DNA of 63,085 nucleotides, counting the filler, from Octopus bimaculoides (Eukaryota): NCBI RefSeq assembly GCF_001194135.2. It is 5 parts of 4 records of this genome, joined end to end, with 100 filler letters (N's around TTAATTAATTAA, not from the genome) between each part and the next. Parts side by side here need not be neighbours in the genome. Positions count along the whole stretch, not along the records: positions 10,339 to 39,971 come from NC_068981.1; positions 40,072 to 59,437 come from NC_069000.1; 3 more parts are not named here. The stretch is one strand, 5' to 3'. Position numbers and translations under genes: made by a program. Shown here one piece after another: positions 39,172-47,390 of the stretch (position 1 is the stretch's first letter; every line of letters begins with the position of its first letter). Below the pieces are notes generated by a model, which saw only the letters and a program-made list of their open reading frames with translations, ran no database searches and had not been told where the DNA came from.

Positions 39172-42100
39172 GAGAGAGAGAGTTTAGAATAAAAGCGAAT
39201 CTTTTTTTGACAAATGGAGATTGTGATGTGTTATGATTGTCAAGAAAGAAAGAAAGTGGAGTATAATACAGATGACGTCACTGTGATAAACCATTTTAAT
39301 TTTGAATAACATTGTTTTCACTTGATTTCTTTTGCTTTTTCCTATATTGCTTTTCGTGATGCGTGTCGATAGAAATAGTTTGAATTGTTCAAACTTATGA
39401 ACCAATAACAAACCACAAATTTTCACACTATTTACAAATTATAAAGCTTAGAGTCTCTGATTAAATTATATGGCGACCTTTCGTACTATGTATAAACAAC
39501 TTGGGCGGTAGACTTCATCCGTTGCACGGATTTACACTACACTTCCATGTTAATAATATCGGACCAATCCTAAAAGGTGAAATACCGGAAGTGTAAGAAC
39601 ATCGGGTTGCATACCATGCGGTATTCGTTCCGGATATTTACGTTCTGAGTTCAAATCCTGGAATGGCCTATTTGGGTGGTAGCCTTAAGCCATCACTCAG
39701 TTTAACACTACTGCCTGGTATGCTGGGTGCATTTAGCGGAATCCATGATATTACAAGCAAATGACCAAATCTCCGGTTTGAGGGTAATTTTCTCCCTCTC
39801 AACAACCTTGGAGGCGCTGTAAAGGGCCGTGAGCACTTCCTTACTCTTACAATAAAAGTTTGCAACTGTCTTTTTCACAAATGAGCAACATTTAACTAAA
39901 AGCCTCGAAGTTGCAAGAACACATTCGCTGCTGATATCTGATGATGACTATATATATATATATATATATATNNNNNNNNNNNNNNNNNNNNNNNNNNNNN
40001 NNNNNNNNNNNNNNNTTAATTAATTAANNNNNNNNNNNNNNNNNNNNNNNNNNNNNNNNNNNNNNNNNNNNAGGTTTGTTTGTTTGCATGTTTGCTTGTT
40101 TGTTTGTTGGTTCAGTAATTTCAAACAGTTCCATTGCCTTCCATTCACTGTGCATTCGATTTTTTGTACTCCCTGGTAGGCCTGGCATTCGCACTGGGGT
40201 GCCCCGGCAGTAACACTACATAACCATCATGTTTACTTGTTTACTCCACTTATGGGGATGCTTTGGTCTTCCGCTACAATTAAAAATCCTTCAGTCTCTA
40301 CTTTGAGTCCTGAGCTTCTCAACCATTGCTGGAATTTTTCTCTGTCTATTTCTTTTGCATTTAGTTTAGCCCAGTATTTACCATGTAGGGGCTTTTCTTG
40401 CCATTCTTCTTCTTCTTCTTCTTCTTCTTCTTCTTCTTCTTCTTCTTCTTCTTCTTCTTCTACTACTACTTTTTCTTCTTCTTCTTCCCTAGATCACTGA
40501 AAAGCAATACAATGTAGTAAGAACGTGCAGCGGCGTGTTGGCTGCACCGTGCAAAAAGATTCTGCAAGCATTCAACATCAACTGGTCACAGACCAAATGG
40601 TCGGATCTAATGAAACCTTTGTATTCCGGTTTAGCTACTTACCTGTACCTGCAACTGCGGGGAAAACCGATTGCCGGTGACGTGACCAGCCAAGAAAGCG
40701 TTTGGCGACATTACTTCCATCCAGGAGCCACCAGTAACAACAAGTTCAGAGAAGCAGCCAGTCGAGTGTCAGTCAGTAAGTCTGTTTGTGTATCTATCTG
40801 TATGTATGCACGTATGTGTGTATGTATGTGTATTATGTGTACATGTATGTATGTATGTATGCATGTGTGTATGTATGCATGTGTGTATGTATGCATGCAT
40901 GCATGCTTTCTTTCTCTTTTTAATTTACAATAAACTTTCACCGGTCATCCGCTTGGAAGCAAGATTGTGAAAGAAAGCATTTTGTTTCATTCGTCATCCT
41001 TTAAATCTTAAGGATCTTTATGGTCCCAGATATTGTGATCGTTTGTAGTGTACGAATTAAGGATTTGCTTTCCCTCCCCAAGAACCCAAGTTCAGCCATA
41101 GTTTGCTCCTGGCCGGATGGTATGGATCCTGTTTCCCCAATAATAAAAGGGATGAAGCTGAAAGTGTTTCTTGGGGACAGGATTCGCAAACTCCTCATTA
41201 CTGATGCACAGATGTCCCTTTTGTATGTATGTATGTATGTATGTATGTGGGTTAGAGAGAGAAAAATAGGGGTGCACTGACAAACTGAGAGATAAATTTT
41301 GAGTGAGGAGAACAGAGAGAGAGAGAGAGAGATGTTATTATGGAATGGAATGCCAATGTAGCGTCGTATCCCCGCCACCCGCCGCCGCCACACACACACA
41401 CCACACACTTTTTTCTCATTGTCTGACACACGAATCGTCTTATTTCAGGCTGTGAGAAGCCGACAGATCTTGTATTTCTTCTGGATGAATCGGGAAGTGT
41501 TGGACAAGCCAACTACAACAAAGTCAAGCAGTTTCTGGAGAAATCCATCATCCGGCTGCCAATATCTCCCAGCCAGTTCCGTGTGTCTGTCACCACTTTT
41601 AGCAATTCGGCCAAAGTGCTCTTTTACTTGAATGCTTTCACCAGCAAAAATCCGATGATACAGAAGATCCGATCGATGGGATACAATGGCGGAGGCACAG
41701 AAACTTCCACCGGAATCAACGCTGTGGTCAACGATGTTTTCAGCCTGAATAATGGTGCCAAACTCATGAAGGACGCCCCCAGGGTTCTGGTTCTTGTTAC
41801 AGATGGTAAGTTGCAACTTACCTAGCCTTAACCACAACACCGACAAAAATGCATTAATTTTGTTGTCTTTATTAATTCTTAACTTTTAATTTCCATTTAT
41901 CACTTCCTTGTTTTAGTCATTGGATTGCGGTCATACTGAAGGGTCTTAGCTTGAAGGGTCTTAGCTTGAAGGGTCTTAACTTGAAGGGTCTTAACTTGAA
42001 GGGTCTTAGAACTTGTGATCCGCCCGCGGACCCTTGTTTGGAAATTTTTGCCCGCCGCATTTTCAAATCCCTGATTTAGGCAGAAGGTTAGCAATTTGAA

Positions 42101-45100
42101 GGGGAAGGGACTTATTCGATGAAATCGATCCCTACTACGTGTAAATCTTGTATATATATGTGTATAATTCGATATACATTAATAAACATAAGTTTAACAC
42201 ATTAAATGAACATCTTCATCAACGCTTAAATCATCGACAATTATTATTTTTATCCCTTTTAATTCAATCCATCTTCCCAAATTACGTCTCAGTTAACATT
42301 GCTGCTTTTTTTTTTCTTTCTTTCTTTGTTCTCTGCACAGGTCAATCAAATAACCGGGCTCAGACAGTAGCAGCTGCCAATATCGCCAAACAACAGGGAA
42401 TTGAAATCTTTTCTGTCGGAGTTGGCAGTAATGTGGACAACGATGAACTGTTACAGGTGGCCGAAACGTGTAGTCGAGTTTTCTCCCTTGCTACTTTCGA
42501 CGACATGGACAACTTTCTTCACGAGTTGATTAAAAATGCTTGCGGCGGTTCGTATGGAGACATAACAATGATTTTTGTCACTTCCTTAACTTCNNNNNNN
42601 NNNNNNNNNNNNNNNNNNNNNNNNNNNNNNNNNNNNNNNNNNNNNNNNNNNNNNNNNNNNNNNNNNNNNNNNNNNNNNNNNNNNNNNNNNNNNNNNNNNN
42701 NNNNNNNNNNNNNNNNNNNNNNNNNNNNNNNNATATATATATATATACATATACATATAGCGGAGGCTTAGTGGTTAAGGGTGTTACACTTATGATCGTA
42801 AGGCTGTGTTCTTAAGTAAATACTTCATGAGGGTTGGGGATACATACGCCACTGAATCCAAGGAAACAGACACTTATGAGCAAGACCTTTCTTGTTTTCT
42901 TTTTATATGCTTTTAATCTAATCCAGTTGATTACATAATTTCCTGTTCCTTTGTCAATTTCATTTCATATTCCACTCTGTACTCGATTACTGCTTTAGTC
43001 TGAAGTATTCGTCTATTTAGGTCTAAGACCAAATTATTATAATCGCTATACCTAAGCGAAATAACTATGTACGCATGCATGTATGTATGTACGTATGTAT
43101 GTATATTCGAGTACCAATTCAATGCGGTTTATGAACCACGTCCGCTGCACTGATGCTTTCGTGTTTGTTCTTTTACAGCTAAATCTACAATTGAAATTCC
43201 TGATATTCCGAGCAATTCCACGAACTCAACTATAAAAGATACAGAAATTAAAAGAAATGTTCCAGAGAATGGTACAAACATTGGTGTCAAAGTGTCACCG
43301 AAGGGCAACGGAACAACAATTGTGGCAAGTATATGTTACCATATTTAAAGAAAGGATCGTTACATATGCGTTACCATACTTAATGTATCCGGTACATCAG
43401 CTGTTAATTATCTTTTAATAAGGTCCAGTGGCTGTTCCCGACACCTGTGCCTCAACAGACCTTGAGAGTATATATATCGCTGACAGGGGTGTAAGTGGGA
43501 ATCGGCTGCTATTTCTAGCTGGACGAGATTTGGAAGTTCCAGCGCGTAGAGGACGGTTATCCACCGCCAATGATATAAACTCGAATGCCTATATGCACCA
43601 CGAGTCCATATGAGAGGCTCTCTCGAAGTAAATAGCACAGTATTATGTATTCTAACACAATCTGTTTTAGGCGGAAGATGACTAATATTGTGTATAACAA
43701 CAGTGGCCAAACTGCGGCTCGCGAGCCGCATACTTCCTTCAAGGCTACTGTGTGTCACTCGCGAGATATTAGTTTCCAAGGCTGTTTTTCTACCTGAAAC
43801 AGTTTTACCGACCAATCGGCCGTATTTCGAGAGAAGTCCTGAGAAAACAACGACTCAACGCATCGATAGCAATCAATCCACTTCAGGCAGCAAAACAATG
43901 TGACAATAGTCTCCTTTTGAGGCAACTCTTGACCGTAAAAAATACATTCGGTTTTTTCAATCAAATATGTTGGCAATTCCTGGTCTGTATTATTATGCCT
44001 GTTCCGATACATTCGAAAGTTACGCTTTCAAAAGTAAATAACCTCGCTTTGAGCACAATTGCAATTCTTATTTGTTGGCATCAGACAGGCAGACCGTAAC
44101 GTGGCAAACTTCTTTAACCATTCGATCATATTATTGATTTGTTAATAACATCAATCCATCACCTTGTTTATTATCATAAAAATTAATCAAAACATAGAAA
44201 GAGGCAAACTTGTGAATGTGCTTAAATCTAAACATCAAAATGAAAAAGAAAAACAATATAATTTATAAAATGAAGAAATGTTCTTTATTTGCTTTTTGCT
44301 TTTGTTACTTTTTTTTTCTTTTGCTATTTTTAATCCTATTTGAAACCAGGTTGAAACTAATTGTTCAGTGGTCAAGATCTTTGGGTCGTATAATGATTCG
44401 AACCCAAGTGAATCAGTGTTCGAGATTACAGGAACTGCTGCTGATGGCCGACCCATGGTGTTGTTCGTAAAGGCCGACAAACATGGTCGACCCCTCTATC
44501 TGACGTTCGAAGCGAGCAAAGTGAACACCTCCCAAAAATTTTGTTTCAACGAAAGCAATTTCCATGTGAAGTTCCATAAAGGAAAACCAAAAGGTAAACA
44601 GATTTCCCAGGATTTATTTTCAGGAATACAAATAACTCGACTTTTTTTTCAAAAAAAAAAAAAATAATAATAATACAATTCTTTGCTATTCAACTTCCCG
44701 AGGTCGATAAAATAAGGAACCTGTCAAGTAGAGGGTACCTCCTAAATTTCCAGTGGAGTTGTTCCTACCTTAGAAATTATTATTATTTACAGCTTTATGT
44801 TCTAAGTTCAAATCCCACATAGATGAAGTGAAACTTTTTTTTCTTTCAGGGGACCCAATACAATCATGTACAAGTGTGCATACTGAGTTGATTCGATCGT
44901 CTAACCCCTTTCTTCAAAGATTTAACCTTATAACAATGTTAGAAATGATTATTTACAGACTTTTACATTCTCAATTCAAATCCAGCCGAAGTCAACTTGG
45001 ATTTTCTATGTTTTGAGGCGCGAAAGAAAAAAAATAAAGTACCAGTGGTGTATTGGTGTCGATTTGAATAGATTTCAAAATTTCGTCACTCTTTTCTTTG

Positions 45101-46429
45101 CAGTTTCCCAAGTCGTCTGCATTGAAAACGGCGTGATTCGAAACTGTACCGTTGTGGATATAATTACGAGCAAATGGTCAAATAAACTCTGTCCACGTAA
45201 GTAATTATTTTTTTAAAACCAAGACGAACCTCTGGGGCAGCGTCTAGCTTGTAGCAAAATGATAGCTAAATCTTCCTCAAAGAATATCGGCTTTAACAAA
45301 ATTTTAAAAAATGGTTATGTTAGATAATGTGATACAACATTCTCGATCCTGAAAAGCAGAAACGACAGGCAGTAACTGCTGCAGTCTTCAAGTTATCCAA
45401 GTGGTTGTTTTAACATAATGTCTCTAAAACGAACTGACTGAGGTCTGAAGCAAGGCTGATAACATGTGGACCATGTGGGCTTCGGACTTTTTCAAAAGAT
45501 ATTTTCCCATTTAATGAATTTATGGCCCATTGAACAGTTGGTAACTTTTAGATAGTCGTCTGTTATTAACATTTGTTTAATTTTGCTTAGGAAAGCACTG
45601 TTTGAGATGGAAATGGTGAGTGGAAGATACAAAGGAATATTTTTTGAATATAAGAAATGATGTGCGAGAGAGTGATGGGTAAAGACAAAGCTGATAATCA
45701 AAAGCGGGCGATTATAGGCAGAAGTTGCTGGTCTAACTTCTGTGGTGATGGTAGTGGACGGGTGAGGGGAATGTCACTAAACTCATCGATAATTCCATAA
45801 ATGACCTCTCATACTTGAAAACTTATCTAATTTCAGCGACAGACGTCATAGTTGGAAGCAGCAACCCTTGTACACCAGACAAGCTAAGAAACAAGGAACT
45901 GATATTTCCTTATCCCCATGACAACACCAAATATCTCAAGTGTGACTTAAAGGGAAGAGTTTATGTAATTACCTGTCCACCTGGCCTTCACTATCATCCA
46001 ATCAGGCAGAACTGCGGTGACGACCATGTTACCAACCCGAAGAGAATCATGTCGCCAAAACATTCCAATCTTTGCACTTACGACAACATCAGGCAAAACC
46101 TTTGGTACTTCCCTTACCCTGCCAACAAGCTTTTCTTTGTTGAGTGTGATGTATGGGGTCGTGCCTGGGTCGTACCTTGTCCACCACAAACAGAATGGGT
46201 GTCATCTGTTTCGCGCTGTGTCTCCAACATAAAGACGACACCAAGCTCTTTACTAAATCCATGCCGTCTCGGGGAAATTGCCAAAGGAAGAGTTTATTAT
46301 CCTTATCCGCATAATTCTCATCGATACATTCACTGCGATGACAACGCTAATCCATGGGTGCAGTTCTGCCCTCCTAAGAAAGTTTTTGACATGACATCAA
46401 AAATATGCGTTTCATCAGGAAGCACATAA
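10640..46429 (+). CDS. Spliced gene (whole span): secreted lysozyme-like/VWA/3x chitin-binding type-2-like mosaic protein (mollusc VWA-ChtBD2, Pif/BMSP-related architecture)
   Basis: Exons 10658(?)-10860, 23935-23996, 34421-34461, 40493-40775, 41449-41805, 42341-42547, 43179-43324, 44350-44593, 45104-45196 and 45837-46429 join into one open frame of 2229 nt including TAA. Intron phases are 2,1,0,1,1,1,0,1,1. The 3' seven exons are secure; the first three are inferred from splice signals, phase and motif continuity. Confidence 0.85.
10658..10860 (+). CDS. Exon 1 (coding part): signal peptide plus start of N-terminal domain
   Basis: Open frame KVKHGLSTNRFSSVFFLCLALLCLFLAVES-RPLADVIKRLKVQVKRKYTKSAEVVNQADRLICRSSKS has a hydrophobic h-region. 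The phase-2 donor TC|GTGAGG at 10861 matches exon 2. The start codon is unresolved (in-frame ATG 10640 is followed by TAA 10655-10657). Confidence 0.6.
12358..12718. mobile_element. Foldback element (inverted arms about 137 bp) enclosing the hammerhead; probable Penelope-like non-autonomous element
   Basis: Arm 12358-12495 is the reverse complement of arm 12583-12718 (about 14 differences by eye). An 87-bp spacer carries the ribozyme. Confidence 0.8.
12507..12566 (+). ncRNA. Type I minimal hammerhead ribozyme (Penelope/retrozyme type), core intact
   Basis: ATCACA-CTGATGA-GTTG(22-nt loop)CAAC-GAAA-C-CGG-GTT-TGTGAT. Stem I is ATCACA/TGTGAT, stem II is GTTG/CAAC, the core is CUGAUGA...GAAA, the GUU cleavage triplet ends at 12560, and stem III is the quasi-palindrome ACCGGGT. 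Confidence 0.8.
17630..17815 (-). mobile_element. RTE-clade LINE extreme 3' fragment
   Basis: ATVRGR*KSGSRQRKSWFDNIKVWT, cf. G.R.RGRQRK.W.DNIK.WT. Confidence 0.7.
19141..19335 (+). mobile_element. Family-A SINE copy (further degenerate copies at about 35520, 44690, 44930, 46860, 47230, 50940, 51330)
   Basis: AATGCTTAGCG..CGTTCTGAGTCCAAATTCC..CATCTTTTTGGGGTCGATA..AGTAC. Confidence 0.8.
20190..20830 (+). mobile_element. Possible decayed Penelope-like element C-terminal (GIY-YIG-side) region
   Basis: A/C-rich, stop-riddled frame IPHTTEIT..TLYKI.. then HMTHTH..QILHKENRLT..YLNQK, loosely matching PLE C-termini. No intact GIY motif. Confidence 0.3.
23935..23996 (+). CDS. Exon 2 (62 nt): (S)GNLPFVQEATAHLCKYLAYR
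   Basis: Acceptor ttttcttttaatgtctcag| and perfect donor GAG|GTAAGT. The phase 2-in/1-out reading is open and links exons 1 and 3. Confidence 0.7.
24720..25790 (-). mobile_element. Decayed Chapaev3-like (CMC superfamily) transposase
   Basis: Frameshifted motifs in the correct order: LNELVWDL..ASRLKEDYLL; RRIFIVSS..LQNGN; LKVIGMQ..GGFTKCCCLPC; IFIPLAQVKVDIMKDFIKVM (cf. LLPPLHIKLGLMKNFVKA); SLQMYFLHSYLDFIP; QFHQNVYAMKTRCQ; MMADYCWML..YNRKS. The family assignment is from recalled consensus. Confidence 0.8.
26045..26208 (+). mobile_element. tRNA-headed SINE family B head (also - strand copies at 52745-52890 and 60170-60318)
   Basis: GGTAAGAAGCTTGCTTCCCAA..GGTTCCAGGTTC..GCGTGG..CTTCTACTA.AGCCTCGGGC.GACCAAAG..GTGGATTTG.TAGACGGAAA..CGTCGTATATA shared among copies. 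Confidence 0.8.
26430..26900. mobile_element. Foldback element with tRNA-like head and degenerate hammerhead tail
   Basis: 26430-26636 is the reverse complement of 26661-26807, apart from an (AAT)n length difference. The right arm is led by a tRNA-like head (GTGGT...CTATTAA...GAGTTCGATTCC) and ends CTGATGAAGGCT...AGCCGAAC. The left arm is cut by a gap. Confidence 0.75.
26975..27210 (+). repeat. Dispersed SINE-tail repeat (also 17160-17350, 60880-61000, 61770-61945, and - strand 31-105)
   Basis: Shared TGTTTGTCCCC..ACCACTTGACAACCG..GGGGTCGATTTG..ACTAAAGGCGGTGCT..AGCATGGCCG.AGTCAAATGAC.GAAAC. Confidence 0.8.
28775..28970 (-). mobile_element. Mariner-derived MITE, copy 2
   Basis: Reverse-complement homologue of 9760-9976, starting TACGAGGGGTGCTGAAAAGTT at the end of a (TA)n run. 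Confidence 0.8.
30560..31570 (-). mobile_element. RLE-type non-LTR retrotransposon 3' part, copy 2
   Basis: GYVFAIQEQEITTKYLMHKRDRDAGK..C.LCGINTENITHIISSCPKMSSRYYLPIKHDVV..RPGIMIWVREEK..VEISC..KEN.Y..LQLLYPDYKFRFIPVIT.ALG (track ORF 30670-31005). Confidence 0.9.
31590..32265 (+). mobile_element. R4/Dong-like RT core fragment
   Basis: QLLMDK..NLGMAWIYYRKP*DMIPHSWIIECL..RGIFQDDS..MIPLTLVL..INHLLFMDDLKLYGK..MEFGLKKC..YRYLGVLE. Frameshifted. Confidence 0.88.
32490..33120 (+). repeat. Older cluster of about three degenerate family-A SINEs
   Basis: Repeated GTTGAAAT/GTCGAT..AGTAC..GTCGAT and TGCTTAAATCAGAAA motifs. Confidence 0.6.
34421..34461 (+). CDS. Exon 3 (41-nt microexon): (D)SNLATAETHHIWQ
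   Basis: Acceptor tcttttatag| and donor CAG|GTAACA. Phase 1 in, phase 0 out, giving the continuous LAYRDS...HIWQ-ITEKQY. Confidence 0.7.
35848..36715 (+). repeat. Head-to-tail array of four family-A SINEs
   Basis: Heads at about 35848, 36062, 36280 and 36501 (GGnGAGCT(G/A)G..GAA), each followed by B-box GTTCAAATT/GCTCAGATAT, the CATCCTTTC.G.GTCGAT core and an AT-rich tail. Confidence 0.9.
37750..38245 (-). repeat. Two diverged tandem copies of a ~150-bp retroposon-like 3' end, each ending in (TTC)n
   Basis: 37752-37895 aligns with 38097-38235 (CTAAGTTTTGAATG..ATGGCATCACAATGGT..TTTTCGTTTTGAA..), each preceded on + by (GAA)n. Confidence 0.75.
40250..40405 (-). mobile_element. R4/Dong-like LINE C-terminal fragment
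   Basis: EEWQEKPLHGKYWAKLNAKEIDREKFQQWLRSSGLKVETEGFLIVAEDQS, cf. W..K.LHG...D...S..WL..G.LK.ETEG...AAQDQ. Confidence 0.75.
40493..40775 (+). CDS. Exon 4: C-terminal part of the putative lysozyme-like domain
   Basis: Acceptor (ttc)n-ttccctag|ATC and donor TCA|GTAAGT (phase 1). Translation ITEKQYNVVRTCSGVLAAPCKKILQAFNINWSQTKWSDLMKPLYSGLATYLYLQLRGKPIAGDVTSQESVWRHYFHPGATSNNKFREAASRVSV overlaps track ORF 40535. Confidence 0.85.
41449..41805 (+). CDS. Exon 5: VWA domain, N-terminal two thirds
   Basis: Acceptor ttatttcag| and donor G|GTAAGT. Translation CEKPTDLVFLLDESGSVG...GGGTETSTG...PRVLVLVTD contains the MIDAS DxSxS, T and D residues. Confidence 0.97.
41937..42009. repeat. 15-bp minisatellite x5 in intron 5
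   Basis: TGAAGGGTCTTA(G/A)CT repeated 4.9 times. Confidence 0.95.
42341..42547 (+). CDS. Exon 6: VWA domain, C-terminal part
   Basis: Long pyrimidine tract ending ctctgcacag|. Translation (G)QSNNRAQTVAAANIAKQQGIEIFSVGVGSNVDNDELLQVAETCSRVFSLATFDDMDNFLHELIKNACG. Donor G|GTTCGT, phase 1. Confidence 0.93.
43179..43324 (+). CDS. Exon 7: linker/start of middle domain
   Basis: Acceptor ttcttttacag|. Translation (A)KSTIEIPDIPSNSTNSTIKDTEIKRNVPENGTNIGVKVSPKGNGTTIV. Probable GC donor GTG|GCAAGT; alternative GT donor at 43329. Confidence 0.8.
43700..44100 (-). mobile_element. hAT (Charlie/Buster-like) 3' end fragment within intron 7
   Basis: Terminal CAGTGGCCAAACTGCGGCTCGCGAGCCGCAT resembles hAT-Charlie ends. 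The - strand CYRCVESLFS resembles the hAT dimerisation motif STY.CE..FS. Confidence 0.55.
44350..44593 (+). CDS. Exon 8: middle beta-rich domain
   Basis: Acceptor gaaaccag| (alternative at 44368). Translation VETNCSVVKIFGSYNDSNPSESVFEITGTAADGRPMVLFVKADKHGRPLYLTFEASKVNTSQKFCFNESNFHVKFHKGKPK. Donor G|GTAAAC. Confidence 0.85.
45104..45196 (+). CDS. Exon 9
   Basis: Acceptor cttttctttgcag| and donor C|GTAAGT. Translation (V)SQVVCIENGVIRNCTVVDIITSKWSNKLCP. Confidence 0.88.
45837..46429 (+). CDS. Exon 10 (terminal): three chitin-binding type-2 (peritrophin-A/CBM14)-like repeats
   Basis: Acceptor tctaatttcag|, within track ORF 45815-46429. Three repeats, each C-x23-C-x10-C-x12-C with (F/Y)PYP and aromatic residues. 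Stop TAA at 46427-46429. Confidence 0.93.
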
Positions 46430-46709
46430 CAAGTAGATTTAGGGTTTCAAATCAGTCTCCAAACTTTTATAGAGACAAAATATTAGCCTGGGCGACAAAC
46501 CTTGCTCAACTGATTTCCTAGTTTTCTGCATTTTAAGTGTTGCTCTTTATATATCTCATACCAAAGTATATAGTAACAATATTGATTATTTGCGTTATAA
46601 TAATATTCATTATTGTTTAGTAATAATTGTCATTTTCTAAATTTACTTTTGTAGAATCTCTATTATCTCTTTTTATTAATATTAATATTAATATTATTAT
46701 TATTATTTG

Positions 46710-46850
46710 ACTTAGGTTCGGTCTTATTTCTGGCAGGAATTACGTGGATAGCGGGTTACTACTTGTAACCTTAGGTATCCACAAGTTTTCAGCAGTTTTT
46801 CAAAAGCTTAGAACCCTCCTGATAATCCTTGCAGACAAACTTTCTGATAC
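46710..46850 (-). mobile_element. R4/Dong-like LINE terminal fragment ending in (TAA)n
   Basis: SARIIRRVLSF* (cf. GTARI.R.VL) followed by a short 3' UTR and, on the - strand, AATAATAATAAT. Confidence 0.5.
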
Positions 46851-47019
46851 CAGGCATTCGATTACAATCACCTTCAGCCATTTCTCTATATCTTGGCTTA
46901 CTTATTATTATTGATTTTGCCTTTTATTCTTTCGGGGTCGATAAATTGAGTATTGGGGTTGATGTAATCGACTTATCCCATCCTCCAAAGTGGAAAGCCT
47001 TGTACCTAGAATAGAAAGG

Positions 47020-47064
<45 letters not shown>

Positions 47065-47342
47065 ATCATCATCATCATCATCATCATCATCATTATTATT
47101 ATTATTATTATTATTATTAATCTTTTGTCTAAAATAAACAAAATATGCAGTTTATACAAATATTTGTTGTTTCATTACAAATTGCATTCTCTCCCATCAT
47201 TTTTCAAGGCAAATTTTCAGGATTGTTAAAGCAGAAACAATCTTACAGTAATTCATTCCGGACCTGGGTGATCTCGGTTCTTATACCTTCACCCCTCCGG
47301 GGTCGATAAATAAAGTACCACTCAACTCTCTGTCTCTCTCTC

Positions 47343-47390
<48 letters not shown>

